Shown one piece after another: positions 11,305 through 23,260 of a stretch of DNA of 33,718 nt. Under the pieces are notes generated by a model. The model was not told the origin of the DNA. It did no database searches and saw nothing but the letters and a program-made list of their open reading frames with translations. The position numbers were made by a program, and so were the translations under genes. Source of the DNA: Basidioascus undulatus (lineage: Eukaryota); NCBI GenBank assembly GCA_000826855.1, contig JTLS01000082.1, positions 1 through 33,718 of the forward strand, given 5' to 3'. Every line of letters begins with the position of its first letter. Position 1 is the first letter of the stretch.

Positions 11305-12581
11305 CTAAACCCTGCAGTTATCCAGCGCGATGACCAAGATGTCGCTCGCCCCAATTGCCTCCAGCTCGTCCATAGTTTCCGCCAGCTTCTTGCGCTCCAC
11401 CATCGAGCTGACGGCGACCCAGCCCTCGTCGTCGAGCGGGCTGACCGTCGGCGCGCGGCGCCCGGGCGTGAGCGCGACCGCGCGCGGGAGCAGCGTGCGC
11501 TCGACGTTGTAGTTGCAGAGCACGTAGCGCTTCGCGGCGATGACGCCCTTGATGCGCGAGATGATGCGCGAGATGAGCGCGGCGTCTTCGGGGGAGGGAG
11601 GTGTGTTGGAGGTCGAGAGTGTCTTAGAGGACTGGATGAGGACTGCTTCGGAGGTGAGGAGGGTCTCGATCGCGTGGAGACCAGCAGCGCGCATCGTCTC
11701 GCCAGACTCTGTTACGGAGACAGAGATCTACAGTCAGTGAGATGCGGTCTGTGAACGTCGTCAAAGCTGCCCAAAGGCGCCTTAGTGCAACCAGCACCAC
11801 TCACCGACAAGGTCGACTGTGCAGGAAATCCTTTAGTTAGTCACTGCGCACCGTTTCAACGAAAAACAACGACGCACCAATACCGTCCGCAACACCCAGC
11901 GCACACGCCGCCTCCACACTGCCACCAACATACTCCACCTTCGTCCGGCCCTCCTGACCCTCCTTCACCCCGCGTTTCTCGTCCAGCTGAGCAAAGTACT
12001 TGCCCGCCAGGACCTCGAAGCTAGTCGCGACGATCTTGCCACCGAGATCCTCAGGAGTCTTGATGTTTCCACGCTCAGGAACCTGGATCTGCAGAGCGCA
12101 TTTGCCGAAGCCGAGCGGGAGGACCTCGGTGACGAGGTGGTCGACGTCCGCCTCGGCGATCATGTCCTGGCCGGTGATACCGAGAGTGACATTGCCCTCG
12201 CCGACGAACCGGGGAATGTCGGAAGCAGGGAGGAAGACGCTGTATAGCACGCAGGGGGGCCGCTTTAGCTCGAGCGTCGGAGCAAGTTAACGGGGAAGGC
12301 GCACAGAGCCATGTTGAGATTGCGAACGAGCGCAATGTCAAGGCGGTGCGAGCGGGTGAACTGGATGTCGGCGCCTGTGCAGGTCGTTCAGCACTTCTCA
12401 CAAACCCCATATAAAGATGTGCACACCAGACAACAACTCCAAGCACTTCTCGTACAAGCGACCTGAAGCGAGAAGATCGTCAGCCAACTTGCCCGGCCCC
12501 AGCGCCGGCCCGGCCGGACACACCCTTCTTAGGGATCGCAAAAAGCAGGCGGTCCTTGAGCGATTCAGAGAGAAGATCCAT
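11305..12581 (-). CDS. HIS1: ATP phosphoribosyltransferase
   Basis: Six exons (12581-12524, 12462-12427, 12374-12305, 12239-11878, 11816-11805, 11708-11305) splice in frame. Product: MDLLSESLKDRLLFAIPKKGRLYEKCLELLSGADIQF...FLPASDIPRFVGEGNVTLGITGQD...GGSVEAACALGVADGIVDLVESGETMRAAGL...TPGRRAPTVSPL...GASDILVIALDNCRV*. Confidence 0.97.
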
Positions 12582-12987
12582 AGCGGAATCCGAGAATTAA
12601 GAAACGAGCAGAACGAGCGGCGGGAGGAGCGAGCGTGGTGGTACAGGAGAAGAGTCACAAAACGGGGTCAGCGTCGAAGGAGGAAGGCGCGTGGCCGCGG
12701 ACTGTCCGGGCAACTTCCGGCAGGTGCGCCTTGTCGCAGTCGCTTTCACTGCTGTCCAGTGGCTGTCGAGGCTGCTTGAGAGCCATGTTGAAGCTTGACG
12801 ACTTCGTATTGAGTTGTCCAAAACAAGTGCGCAGGGGGTGCTGCTCCATTGATGAGCAGCTTCAATCGAGAACTCAAGAAAGACCATCTTCGCGGATGCG
12901 GTTCCAGCACAGGACCCTCCTAGACAACAGCTCAAGAATGCCATTGAAGCTGTCAAATATGGCTATCCCGAATCTTTGACACTACCG

Positions 12988-15300
12988 CTACAAGTCTCTC
13001 GACACCAAGCGAGCCGGAAGGGGGCCGTGGCCGCGCTCTGCAGCGAGCCATCTCGCCGCCAACATCAGACCTTTCTTACCCCCCCTCGTGAAGGAGGAAA
13101 AGCACGTACACGAAGTAGTCTAATGGACTCTTCAAAGTCGGCCCACTTCAAACCCTCGACACGCTGAAATTCGAAGGCGAGTACCAGGTGGCCAGTGGCG
13201 ATGCGCGTGGTGTTCATCGCGAACGCCTGGCCGACTGGAAAAAAACAGCGTCGGGTGAGCGGCTGTTCAGGAATATGGGACGGTATCGAAATTCGGTCTA
13301 CCACAGTCGAAAGCACCTGGGGAGGTAATGCATAGTAGCCGTCAGCTATCATTGCCAGCCGAACGCAATCGCAAGTGAAGGCGGCATACCTTTGCTAAAG
13401 GGAACGAACGCAGCGCGGTCGGTGGTTTCCGATGAGGAGTCGAACCAGCGTTCGGGACGAAACTCGAGCGGGCTAGCAAGGCAGTAGGAATTTAGACTCA
13501 GCCAAAACATTTTTCAGAGGATAAGCATGCCCCAAAGTACCGCTCATCCCTGTGGATGGTACCGTGGGGCAGCATGACGGTCACCGCCTCAGGCACGAAC
13601 CTGCACACTCCACGTCAGCGACCAGCTTATTGGGAACCCATGAGCATATTCAGCCCAGTGCGTACTCACACGTTGCCCAGCATCACCCCACCGCTGCCAG
13701 GAACCGGCATACGCATCACCCCGCCCAGCTGATTCAGTCTGATCTCCTCGTTGATCGCGCCGTTGAGAAGCGGGAGCTTCGCCAGGGTGCTCGAGTCCGG
13801 CACCTCCCCAGGCAACGGGAATGCGGGAAGGAGCTCGATATGAAGCGCTTCCTGCAAGCGAGGCTGCTGGAGCAATACCGACACCTCCCAATCAATCGTC
13901 AGGTTGCTGCTAATCAAACAAGGAAATGGGAGTGTAATAGACGGACGATGGAAGAATAGAGAACGCGAGGGCGAAAGACGTAGTGCCTCCTCCTGTCAAA
14001 GCCAAGGTCAGACAGGTGAACCGAAAAGATATTGCTATGTGGATGTGGGACGAACCGGCCACGACGAGCAGCAACGCCTCCCATAACACGCTATCAATAT
14101 TCGTGCTGCCTCCGCTCGCTTCGTCGCGGTGCTGGATCTGCAGAGAGAAGCTTCGATCAGTGCGATCCCAGAGACGGCAGAGGTGACTGCAACGAAAACC
14201 TCCTCACCAGGTGCGAGATGACATCTTTTACCCGCGCGCCTCGGCGCATCCGGGCCTCGAGCAAGCGCTTGACCCTCGGGACGAATGGAGGATCGGACAG
14301 GCTGCTCGGGAGATAACTCCAAAGGCTCCTGAGCGACGACAAGTAGTTCAATGTGAAGCCTGCTCGCCAGGAGACAGGAAGTCAGCACGCGAGATCTGCG
14401 TAACTGCGTGAGACTCGTCTGACCGATTCCCATGAAAAAGACCTTGTCAGAGACGAGCCCGTCGGTATCACCGTCGCGCATGAGCTCAAGATTGTGGATG
14501 CTGAAAGCCATGTCGCCCATCCTCAAACGCGAAGAGCCCAATCCAGTGCCCGAGGTCCAGTTCGAAAGCACCATTGCCCGCTGCCGGCGTTCTTGGCTTC
14601 GGAGGTGCGAGACGAGTTGGGCCGCGCGAGCGTACTGCCGAGGTAGGTACTCGAGAAGCCAAGCAGGGGTAAAGGCTATTGTAAACTTAGATGATACATG
14701 GTATTTTTGTCTCGAAGTCAATTGGGTGCAGTATTCCAAGTCACGACGTCCAAGCAGTGAAATTCTGCCCCATGTTGGGGGGGACGATGGTCAGACAGTT
14801 TGAGTTGTCGTGCTTAAGCAGCGTTTCACCCGTGCAATACCTACAGGTTTTTAAAATGAACAAGTCTCCTGACGCGGTATGTTGAAACCTCGTGATTATT
14901 CCGTATGCCTGGCATTTGGCACAGCAGTCGACCTTCAACGTTGAAACGGCCTCCTCGACCCGCCCGGCCCACGTAACAGCAAACGATTTGGTCGTCAGGG
15001 CACGTGCAGTTCCCAGAATTTAAAGATCAAGGTCGTTTCAGGTTGCGACCCGCTCCGGCTTGGTCACAGGCCATGGAGCGAGAGCCTTATTGTCGCACAC
15101 GGACACGGCATTCGTCACTGCTCGTTGCATATATTCAGCAGCTACCGCGATCGTGGCATGGCTGAGTGCACATCAAACGACTTTGTGCACATAAACATCA
15201 CGAATGACGAGCACAAGCAAAGGCCTGAATGAGGGACATCACAAACGACGAGCACAAGCAAAGGCCTGGATGAGGGGCCAGCTCGCCATCTTTCGCCTGG
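12988..15300 (-). pseudogene. Cytochrome P450 pseudogene (resembles basidiomycete CYP5035-type enzymes)
   Basis: Collinear P450 segments: AFTPAWLLEY..RAAQLVSHL, MGDMAF...MRDGDTDGL, I-helix EALLLVVAG|GGTTS, K-helix INEEIRL (ExxR), IHRDERYF, FRPERW, heme motif FSKG|AFDC|VGQAFA and terminal RPLPARLVSRDL* (TAG 12990-12988). Frameshifts at ~13955 and ~13120 (ATT-A-GAC-TAC-TTC), degenerate splice sites and a degraded 5' end. The 5' boundary and subfamily are approximate. Confidence 0.85.
15195..15276. repeat. 41-bp tandem duplication (2 copies, 3 mismatches)
   Basis: ACATCACGAATGACGAGCACAAGCAAAGGCCTGAATGAGGG followed by ACATCACAAACGACGAGCACAAGCAAAGGCCTGGATGAGGG. Confidence 0.9.
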
Positions 15301-15577
15301 CTGCTTCCGCAGGAGACTCCGGCTCAGCCTCCTTTGACCTGAAGCTGCACGTCGCACTCGCACACAAAACAGCCCGGTCGTCTCGCCACCTTTCTTAGGG
15401 ATAATAAGGGCCTGTTTTTTTTCAAATCAAACATGTGGAAGTCGTGCAGTGGCTGTCTGTCCCGAAACTCGCCGCCTCGCGCCACTGCCTCCCTTTTTCT
15501 TCAAAGCATCGAGCGGCCAGCCCGCGTCCCTCAAGATTCCCCCGTCGTCCCTCCTATGCTCCTCAATCCACAACATA

Positions 15578-16380
15578 ATGCGCACAACATTCCAACAAGC
15601 CAGGGCCTTTATATCTCTCTCACTACTCGCCCTCGCCAGCGCGACACCAGTACCCGGGGTCGTGCAAGCTGGCACCGATCTCCTCGGCGGTGTGGTTGGC
15701 GGCGTGGCTGGGGGGGCGAAGAACGCCGTACAAGGGCTAGGGTGGGGTTGGCACCCTCCACCACCACCGCTAGTGCCTTACACTGGCACGGCAACATTGT
15801 GAGTTCTTTCCACATGTCTGTTGGAGATCCTGCTAAAAGCGATGCTTCATTCCCAGCTACTTTACCGAGACCGGACAAGCTGGGCATTGCGGGCAGTTTC
15901 TCCATGACAGCGGTGAGTGCCTGCCTTGTCCTCATAGTCGGCACCGATTGCTGACGCCGTCAGACCAACAGAACCTGTCATCGCTCTCAACTCAGCTCAG
16001 TATGAGGGAGGCGCACATTGTGAGTGCATCTCCATCGTAGCTCTGCGTCCATCTGTGTTCATGTGACTGATCAACTAGCCGCAGGTGGACGATGGGTGCG
16101 CATACGTAATCTCGCCAATGGCGCGACCGCGGAGGGCTACGTAGCCGATTCGTAAGTTGTATCCTGAGGCCTCAGAAAATCGTATGCTGATGGATGTCCG
16201 TAGATGCCCAACGTGCATTGGATGGGGGAGCATCGATGTCAGCCCAATGATGTTCGACAAGTTGACATGGGGTAACCGCGCGCAAGGCGTTGCGACGGTT
16301 GAGTGGTCATGTGAGTTTCGCATCAGAGCGTTTGAATAGACATCCGTGATCTAACATGAGCGAGGTATTAAGTCAAATGA
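15578..16380 (+). CDS. Secreted RlpA-like double-psi beta-barrel (expansin/loosenin-like) protein
   Basis: Signal peptide (FISLSLLALASATP) and a Gly/Pro linker, then six exons splicing in frame to YTGTATFYFTETGQAGHCG...VIALNSAQYEGGAHCGRWVRI...VADSCPTCIGWGSIDVSPMMFDKL...GVATVEWSFK*. These are the hallmark DPBB motifs. Confidence 0.88.
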
Positions 16381-16710
16381 GCTGAGAGTATGGGTGAGGG
16401 GTGTTTCGATATCTCATTGCTTCTACGTCAGTCGGATGATTCTGGCTCGCGTGTCTTTGTAGATGTCAGACGAAAGAAAACCGACTCTTGAACGAGCGTA
16501 AAAGAGTATTGCGACATAAAAAGAAGGAATACGCATGAGATTTGAGCGACCGGAGGAGAGAAGGACTCCCACGAGTCAATCGAAATGCCTGAAGACGGTT
16601 TCGCTTACGGTTGTAAGGCATAGTGTCGATCGAAGTGCGCGAGCAGGAAGGCTCTCCCAAGAATGAAAGGGTGAAAGTGAGGAGAGCCAACAGGCCGAAG
16701 TGGTACCCAA

Positions 16711-17049
16711 TCACTCTTCTGCATCTTCCTCCTCGCCATCGTCCTCCTCGTCCTCGTCCTCCTCCGCCGGTCTCCGCTTCCCACTCAACCTGGCGTCCCG
16801 ACCCTTCTCCGCGTCACCAACCGCCTCCTTCCAGACGCTGAGCTCCTCGTTGACCCGCGATTTCAGCTCTTGTACTGCGGGTATCAGTGCCGCGTAGAAC
16901 GTGCGGGAGTCGCTGGACGCTTGGGACGGCACAGGCTCGACCGGGATAGAGGTGGATGAGGAGGTCGGCCAGGGCATTCCGGAGGCTGAAAGCGGTGCGG
17001 GGACGTTTGCTGGAGGGTTGAGAGACAGCTTCGCGGTGGCTTCGGGCAT
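16711..17049 (-). CDS. Small acidic-tailed protein, probable EKC/KEOPS complex subunit Gon7
   Basis: 112-aa intronless ORF with an amphipathic helix FYAALIPAVQELKSRVNEELSVWKEAVG and an acidic tail EEDEDEEDDGEEEDAEE. Size and architecture fit fungal Gon7, but the family is poorly conserved, so identity is not certain. Confidence 0.55.
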   Translation of the reverse strand: MPEATAKLSLNPPANVPAPLSASGMPWPTSSSTSIPVEPVPSQASSDSRTFYAALIPAVQELKSRVNEELSVWKEAVGDAEKGRDARLSGKRRPAEEDEDEEDDGEEEDAEE

Positions 17050-17299
17050 GATGGTGGGTGAATGTGGTGAAATGTGGATGGGTGTGAGAGAAAGGGTGCG
17101 CACCTCTCGCCGCGTCGAAGTACCGCCGGACCTGCCCTGAAGTATCTTCTCGAAGATCGCCAAAGTTCAAGAGATCCTGAAGCGGCTCTCAGTGCATTTA
17201 TAACTGTTTGTACTTGCTGTAAATTTTGATACATGTCCTTTTCAAGTATCTGCGCCCTGGAATTACCGTAGAAGCCTCACTTCGAAGCTATCTACAGAC

Positions 17300-19800
17300 C
17301 ACAGTAAGAGGTCGGGCGTAGGCGGTGGGTACTATCGGATGTTGCCGCAGCCTCTTGAGATCACAAAGGTGAGATGTTGAGGAAGGAAGATCAGGGGATG
17401 GGACAGTCTGTTTAGCCTGCCTCCTATGCATCATGCGTCTTGCGGGTGGGGTTGGTGTCGCGCAGACCGGCTTGCAACACCGCGAAACCGTGATCTTCGG
17501 CCCTCCTAACCCTCCCTTCTTCAACACCGCCGGATGCCAGGCCCAGGCCGACATCTCAAACTGCCCCAAGTAAAGCTATCAAAGGCACTGCGGAGTAAGG
17601 GACACGGAGGCTCCCATATCTCGGACGGGTGCGTCGATGTTCTATAGCCATTCGTCTGCTGTCTGGCTGACATCGTCCGCTGCCTGCAAACCCTGTCGAC
17701 GCAGCAGGGTCAAATTCTCGAAATCCTTAATCCCATTCATGTGAGTATGCCTTTCCAGGTCGACTATGGTAGTAGAATAAGCTGACGCAGGACTGATGGC
17801 ACCTGTGACGGGCAGGGTCGAACTGCCATCCCTCAATGAGCACGCTGTACCCAAGGGTAGCAGCTCATGGTGGCTTTGCCGAGTCCCCTCACCCGTCGGG
17901 CCCAACTACCAGCTCCATCTTTACCGTCCCGACAAGGTGAAAGACACCCTTGTATTTAGTGGCAGGCATGGTAGCAAAGAGCAGCTTAATCGGATTCTTG
18001 GCCTTCCGAAGCCGACACTGTGCGCACGGGCTATCGCCAACAGCGACCTTCTCCCTCATCTGACCTGCGCTACTCAACCTCTCGACAACGAGCTCGCCGC
18101 CGTCTCCCGACTCGAGAAAACACACCCCATTCTTTTTCGCTGCTCATCTCACTGGAAGGCGCTCGAGTATACGCATCATAGCCGCGGCACGCCGCGCTCC
18201 GGCATCGTCAAACTTGAACAAACACCGGCACCATCCCCTGCTACGGTACGTCTATCTACTTGCTTTCCCCACCGCCCTACTTAACACCATACCCCCTTGC
18301 AACAGTCATCCAAGCCCACGGTCAGGACATGCTTTCCTTGCTTCGGGATGCCCCTGCGCAGCCATTGACGCTTCCGCCCACCCCCCATCAGCCCTCTCTC
18401 TCTCACAGTCCATCGGTCACCATCCTCCCTCTTCAGCACGTCACACCCCCCTCCCAACTTCAGCTCCTCCACCCTCCCTGCCTCCCAATCCGTCGATACC
18501 AGCCGAGCCAACCTGGGCCACCAAGCCGCCAAGCCAGTCACCAACCCCACTTCCCGTTGCGCTCCGTGCTGAACCAGACGTCCTGTACCTGAAGCACCTG
18601 GGCAGTTCATAGCTGGACTCGTACGTTGTCCATAATCTCTACCATCGAACTTCACCTGACCCTGCTCTACCCCAGACGGCTCAGCTGTCCCTGCATGATA
18701 ACCAACCTCCTTCACGCTGCTGCTGTATGTATCATGCTCCAATGGGCAGAAATGTACCCTGACTCCGGCCTGTAACAGACTACCGCAACCACAAACGCGC
18801 TCTCGTCAACAATGTTTGCCCCAGCGCCCAAACCGGCTTCCGGGACCTCAGTACGTGCACAAAATAAATATCTGCAATAATACATTAGTCTCATTCTTTT
18901 CCACCCCAGTTGCCTGGCCTGTATGTGGTGCCCTGGCATTGAATTAATTTTGGCTGATACACCCCCCCCCTTCTTGTAGACCCCTCCCCCTCTTTGTTTG
19001 GCCTGGGTGACGGAACTGACGACGATGATGATGACAGAATAGTGGCAAGTCCGGTCCCATTCTTCAACTGTCCCAATACTACGTGGACATACTCTGCTTC
19101 CCCTTTTTGCTCAGACTGGACAAAAGCATGGTCGCTCACCATCGGAGGCTGTGCCTGCATTCCCGTCATCTTCTGGTCTTCCTGCTCCTGCTACAGTACG
19201 CTTCCACCTCGTCCTCTGCGGCGCCCTGACTGACATGATGACTCCTGCTGCAGCAGCAGCGTCCTAAGAAGACTGCGCGCAAGAATCCACCTCGCTCCAT
19301 GCCCCAAGCTGATGTAGCTCACAGCCCACTTGTTCTTTATGGCGCAACACGAGCTCACGCGCACAGTACCTCTTTTTACAGCCGGAACCACCCGCCAAGA
19401 GCACGCGCAAAAAGGCAGACAAACCTGCTGCAGATGCTCTTGCACCCCCCCGCCACACTCGCCGCACTGCTGCCGCAGCCATGGGGCAGTAGGCGTATTT
19501 TGCCATGTTTGATGCAACTATAGTTCCCTTTTTGCTGTGTATGTATGTCATTTTGCAGGAGTACGACAGACATGCTTGACATTTGGATGTGAAATGTTAC
19601 TGCGGCCCAGCTTGCATGCCACGGTCGCTTCCTCACACTGTCAACGGCGTCTTGTTGGGGTTCACAAGGTGAATTGCAAATAACATTCGATCTGCAGGGG
19701 CAGTGCCTGAAGAGCTGAAGCGAGCGGCATGCAAGTCGGCCTGCCTTTGGACATACCTTCGTAACCGTCCGTGCAAGATGTTCAATGTCCATCGTGCGAA
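17300..19800 (-). other. Highly degenerate coding-like or transposon-like remnant
   Basis: No intact gene. Short protein-like fragments broken by stops in several minus frames (CGECGGG...VCLPFC / GCKKRYC; IQCQGTTYRPGNW...IIADIYF). By eye it appears richer in TG/CA and poorer in CG than neighbouring genes. Confidence 0.25.
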
Positions 19801-19889
19801 CTCCACGAACTCATAAAGCTCTGACCGCTGCCTTTTCTCACTGTTCTTCCCTACCTTGATATTCGCAGCCCTTTTCTCTTCTCCAATTC

Positions 19890-21685
19890 ATGTCTTCCCT
19901 GCCACGCCACTCCAGAACACCTGCCCGCAATTTAGCGAGGACCGGCGCTCGCGCGTGCGGGAAAACATCAACTTCCACCTTCGGAACCCTATCTTGGGCC
20001 GAGGAACACGACTATCAGATACCATGAGATATGTGTCTGTTCGGGTGCTGGTCATGTTGGCTGAGCCAGGGCTGTATCGGGCGCCAGACTTCGTTGCGTG
20101 GCTTGGCGAGTATGTGGGGATTACGCTGGTAAGCCCGCTGGTTTGCTGGCAGGTGTGACGATGACAAGTTATAGCATCTTATCCGGGCATGTTTGAAGCT
20201 CATGATTTTTGCTCTTGGAGGTACGAACGTGAGCCCCTCCATCACGTCCTGCACACTTTGCTAGCAACGCCGGCACAGCGGTCAAAGGCACCATTGGCCC
20301 CAACAGACAATGGGCGGCCCCAAACACTTCCAACCCTGCTCTACATCTCCCTCTCCTTCGGATTGAGCTTGGCGGTGGGTCCCTTCCACGAGCGTACTGC
20401 AAGGGATTTCGCTTAGACGGTAAGGCAGGTAACGGCGTGGATCTTCTTCCGCGTGTCTGGCGCACTGCTCAACCCTGCTATTTTACTAGGAGTGACGTTT
20501 GTCGGGGCCCTGCCGCCCCTGAGAGCGGCGCTGTTGACGGTTTCGCAGATACTGGGTGGGATCACCGGGTATGTCTGTCGCTGCTCCTTGTTAACTCCTC
20601 ACCACCTTCAATGTTCAGCGACTGCTGTCGAGGTTCTCTCAGAGATGCCATCATACAAGCTATAACGCCCGGTGGTCTCTCCGTCCGCACCACCTAGGCG
20701 GCGGGACGACCGTCGCGCAGGGGGTGTTCATCGAGATATTCCTCACCAACCTCCTCATGCTCACGGTGTAAGCGATTCTCTCATCGCCCTCTCACATTAG
20801 TGCTCAAATATGGCGTGTCGGATCCAGCTTCCTTTTGGCGACGGAGAAGCACAAGGCGACATACCTGGTCGAGTCCACGTTGTTTCGACCGACTTTGCAT
20901 CGCATTCTCACAGCCTTCCCCACGCGTGCAGGCCCCAGTCGGCGCATGTTTGGCCATGTTCGTTGCAGAGCTCATGGGATTTTATTGGACTGGCGGTAGC
21001 CTCAATCCGGTATGTCATCCTCCATTTGAAGCTTTCCGGCAGGGCTTCCTGTCTGACAGGCTTTCCGGGAGCAGGCTCGCTCTTTCGGTCTATGCGTTGT
21101 TGAGGCAAGCTTCAACCACTACGAATGGATTGTGAGCTTAATCAGCCTTCACGCATTGGTGAATTTCCCTGATGTCGGACGGATGACTAGTATTGGGTCT
21201 GACCGGGTCTCGATGCAGTGCTGGCTGCTACCAGCTGCTCAGGGGCGCGATGCCCGCATTATCGCTCAACATATCTCCAAACTGACCCATGAGGTTTTGG
21301 AAGATTCTCGAATATGAGACTGTACTTGGCCCAGAGGCGGATGCTAACCATCCCAACATCGAGGAATTCCACGCCGGCCTTACCATCACTGGCGCCGACA
21401 TCCTGACCAAGGGTGACCTAGAGCAGGTAAACTGCGGCTCTTTTAGTAATTATGGAACATGATTCTCACTGTAAGCTATGGTGCTTTCAGGCCCAAGCCT
21501 CCTCCCCCGCCAATCGCGACACGCTCGCGCGGATCAAGCGCTTCGAAGCGCTGCTCTCCGCGTGGGCAGCCGTTGAGCTGGAGCTTAGGTCAGACTGCAC
21601 ATTCTGTGGCCAAAACAGTTTTCATGATGCTCCGATGCTCCAAGTGCGTGTGGGCCATGCGTCTGCGCTTATATCGGTAAACTGA
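19890..21685 (+). pseudogene. Orthodox aquaporin (MIP family) pseudogene
   Basis: Segments FVAWLGEYVG, LLYISLSFGLSLA, AWIFFRVSGALLNPA (NPA1 at 20471), QGVFIEIFLT, EKHKATYL|APVG, YWTGGSLNP|ARSFG (NPA2 split by an intron) and WI|YWV*PG. Lesions: 1-nt deletion creating TAG 20695-20697, TGA 21200-21202 replacing the conserved Gly of YWVGP, and a likely extra C near 20335. Ends approximate. Confidence 0.9.
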
Positions 21686-21793
21686 GTGCTGTTCTGATCG
21701 AACTGCTCCAGTTTCAGTCAAAGTCCAGGGCTTTTCCTGTCCTCAGAGACATCCGAAATTATGCCCGAAAAAATCGCCGCCTAGAGTATATCA

Positions 21794-23260
21794 TCAATTA
21801 ACGGTAGAAACAAGGGTATACGCAAGCAGCGAGACGAGGGAGAAGACAGCGGAGGCACAAGCGAGTAACCTGCAGGCGCTGGACGGGTCACTGTAGCACA
21901 AACGAGCGGATTAGCGGGGCGCTCATAGAGGGAATCGGTATGCTTCATGCTGCACTCACTTGCCAGTACCAGCCGTGTTCGCATCACCTGCTGCCAGCGC
22001 GAGCCCGGCTTTGAACGTGTAGGCGCCAGAGACAGCGAATGCGCCCTGCGTCTGGACGTTGAGCGTGTGGTTCGTGTCTCTGAAGCATTCAGAGCGTCAA
22101 ACCGAACATCAGCATATATTGGCCAAAGCGCGAGTATGGGCAGATGCGAGCGGGTGAACTCACTCCAGGCCGCTGACGAAGAACAGGGTCGCTCCGTCCG
22201 GCTGATAGCTCGTGCGACTTGATCCTATCCCGCTCCTGTTGCTCCTTCTCACGACCTCGGACAGAGGCATGTCGATGGCCGCCCAATACGGCTCGAAACC
22301 GGCATACGACTCGGCGGTTGTCAGGAGAAGAGCGGTGCCTGTGCAAAACTGCGCGTTAGTCGGGCGTGGATGAAGAACGAAACAACGGCTACCGGTGAAG
22401 TTGACAGAGAGTGTGCTGCCCAAGTGCTCGGTATATCTTTGGGAGTCAATGCGACTATGTCAGCGCAAAGCCGTGGTAGTCGCACTGGGAGGCTGAGACT
22501 TGCAGCGATCCGTTCGACGCCAACGTGAAGCGCTCTGCCGGCTCGTACGCAAAGCTGGAGGTGGGTAGACTCTCGTTCAGAGCGACAAGGCTGTACAGGT
22601 GAGTGTGGACGATGAGTACATTCTGTAGCATCGAAGGACAAGCGCATCGCCAGACCTACTTGTCGCCCTCACCAGGCACGCTCGTCGTGATATCGATAGT
22701 CTCGAAGAAGAGGGTTGGGCCGGCCATCCCGTCGGTTTCTCCCAATTCGTAGTTCGTCACCAGCTTGAAGTTGTGCAGCTCGTTCTACTATTCGAAGATA
22801 AGAGGGGTAAGTGTCAGTGGATTGGGAGGAGTTGGCGAAGTAAACTCGTACGAGGTTCGCGTTGCTGTACAAGGTGTTCGCGGGAGACAAGCACTTTACG
22901 AGAGTGCACCCGCCCCACATCTGGATGTCGTAGGTGGATGGCGAGAGAGAGACATTAAACCGCTCGCCCTCCCACTGCATGTTGCCGTAAACCGTAATCG
23001 CCGAGCCTGCCCCCAACCCCCTTTCAGTCAAGCATACTCAGACCGTACGACATGAATTGACTCGAATACCTACCATTGAACGGGAATGAGATTCCGCCGT
23101 CAGGCTCTCCGTAAGGAACATCGCCGCCCCAAGTCTTGATGATCCACTCGTCCCAAACGCCCTGCGATCCGACGTTGTGAATCTGCTGCCAGTTCCCGCC
23201 CGAATGGAGCGTGATGAACGGGTCGGCGAGGTCAAGGGTGAGGTTGAGCGGCACGGGCAT
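21794..23260 (-). CDS. Uncharacterised multi-exon beta-rich cell-surface protein with a C-terminal hydrophobic anchor
   Basis: Starts MPVPLNLTLDLADPFITLHSGGNW; contains two similar modules (GISFPFNG..AITVYG..; TLSVNFTG|TALLL..TLFFVSGL..NHTLNV). Last exon ends NDPSSACRLLACASAVFSLVSLLAYTLVSTVN* (TGA 21796-21794). Middle exon phases were not fully resolved, so intactness is unproven. Confidence 0.6.
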
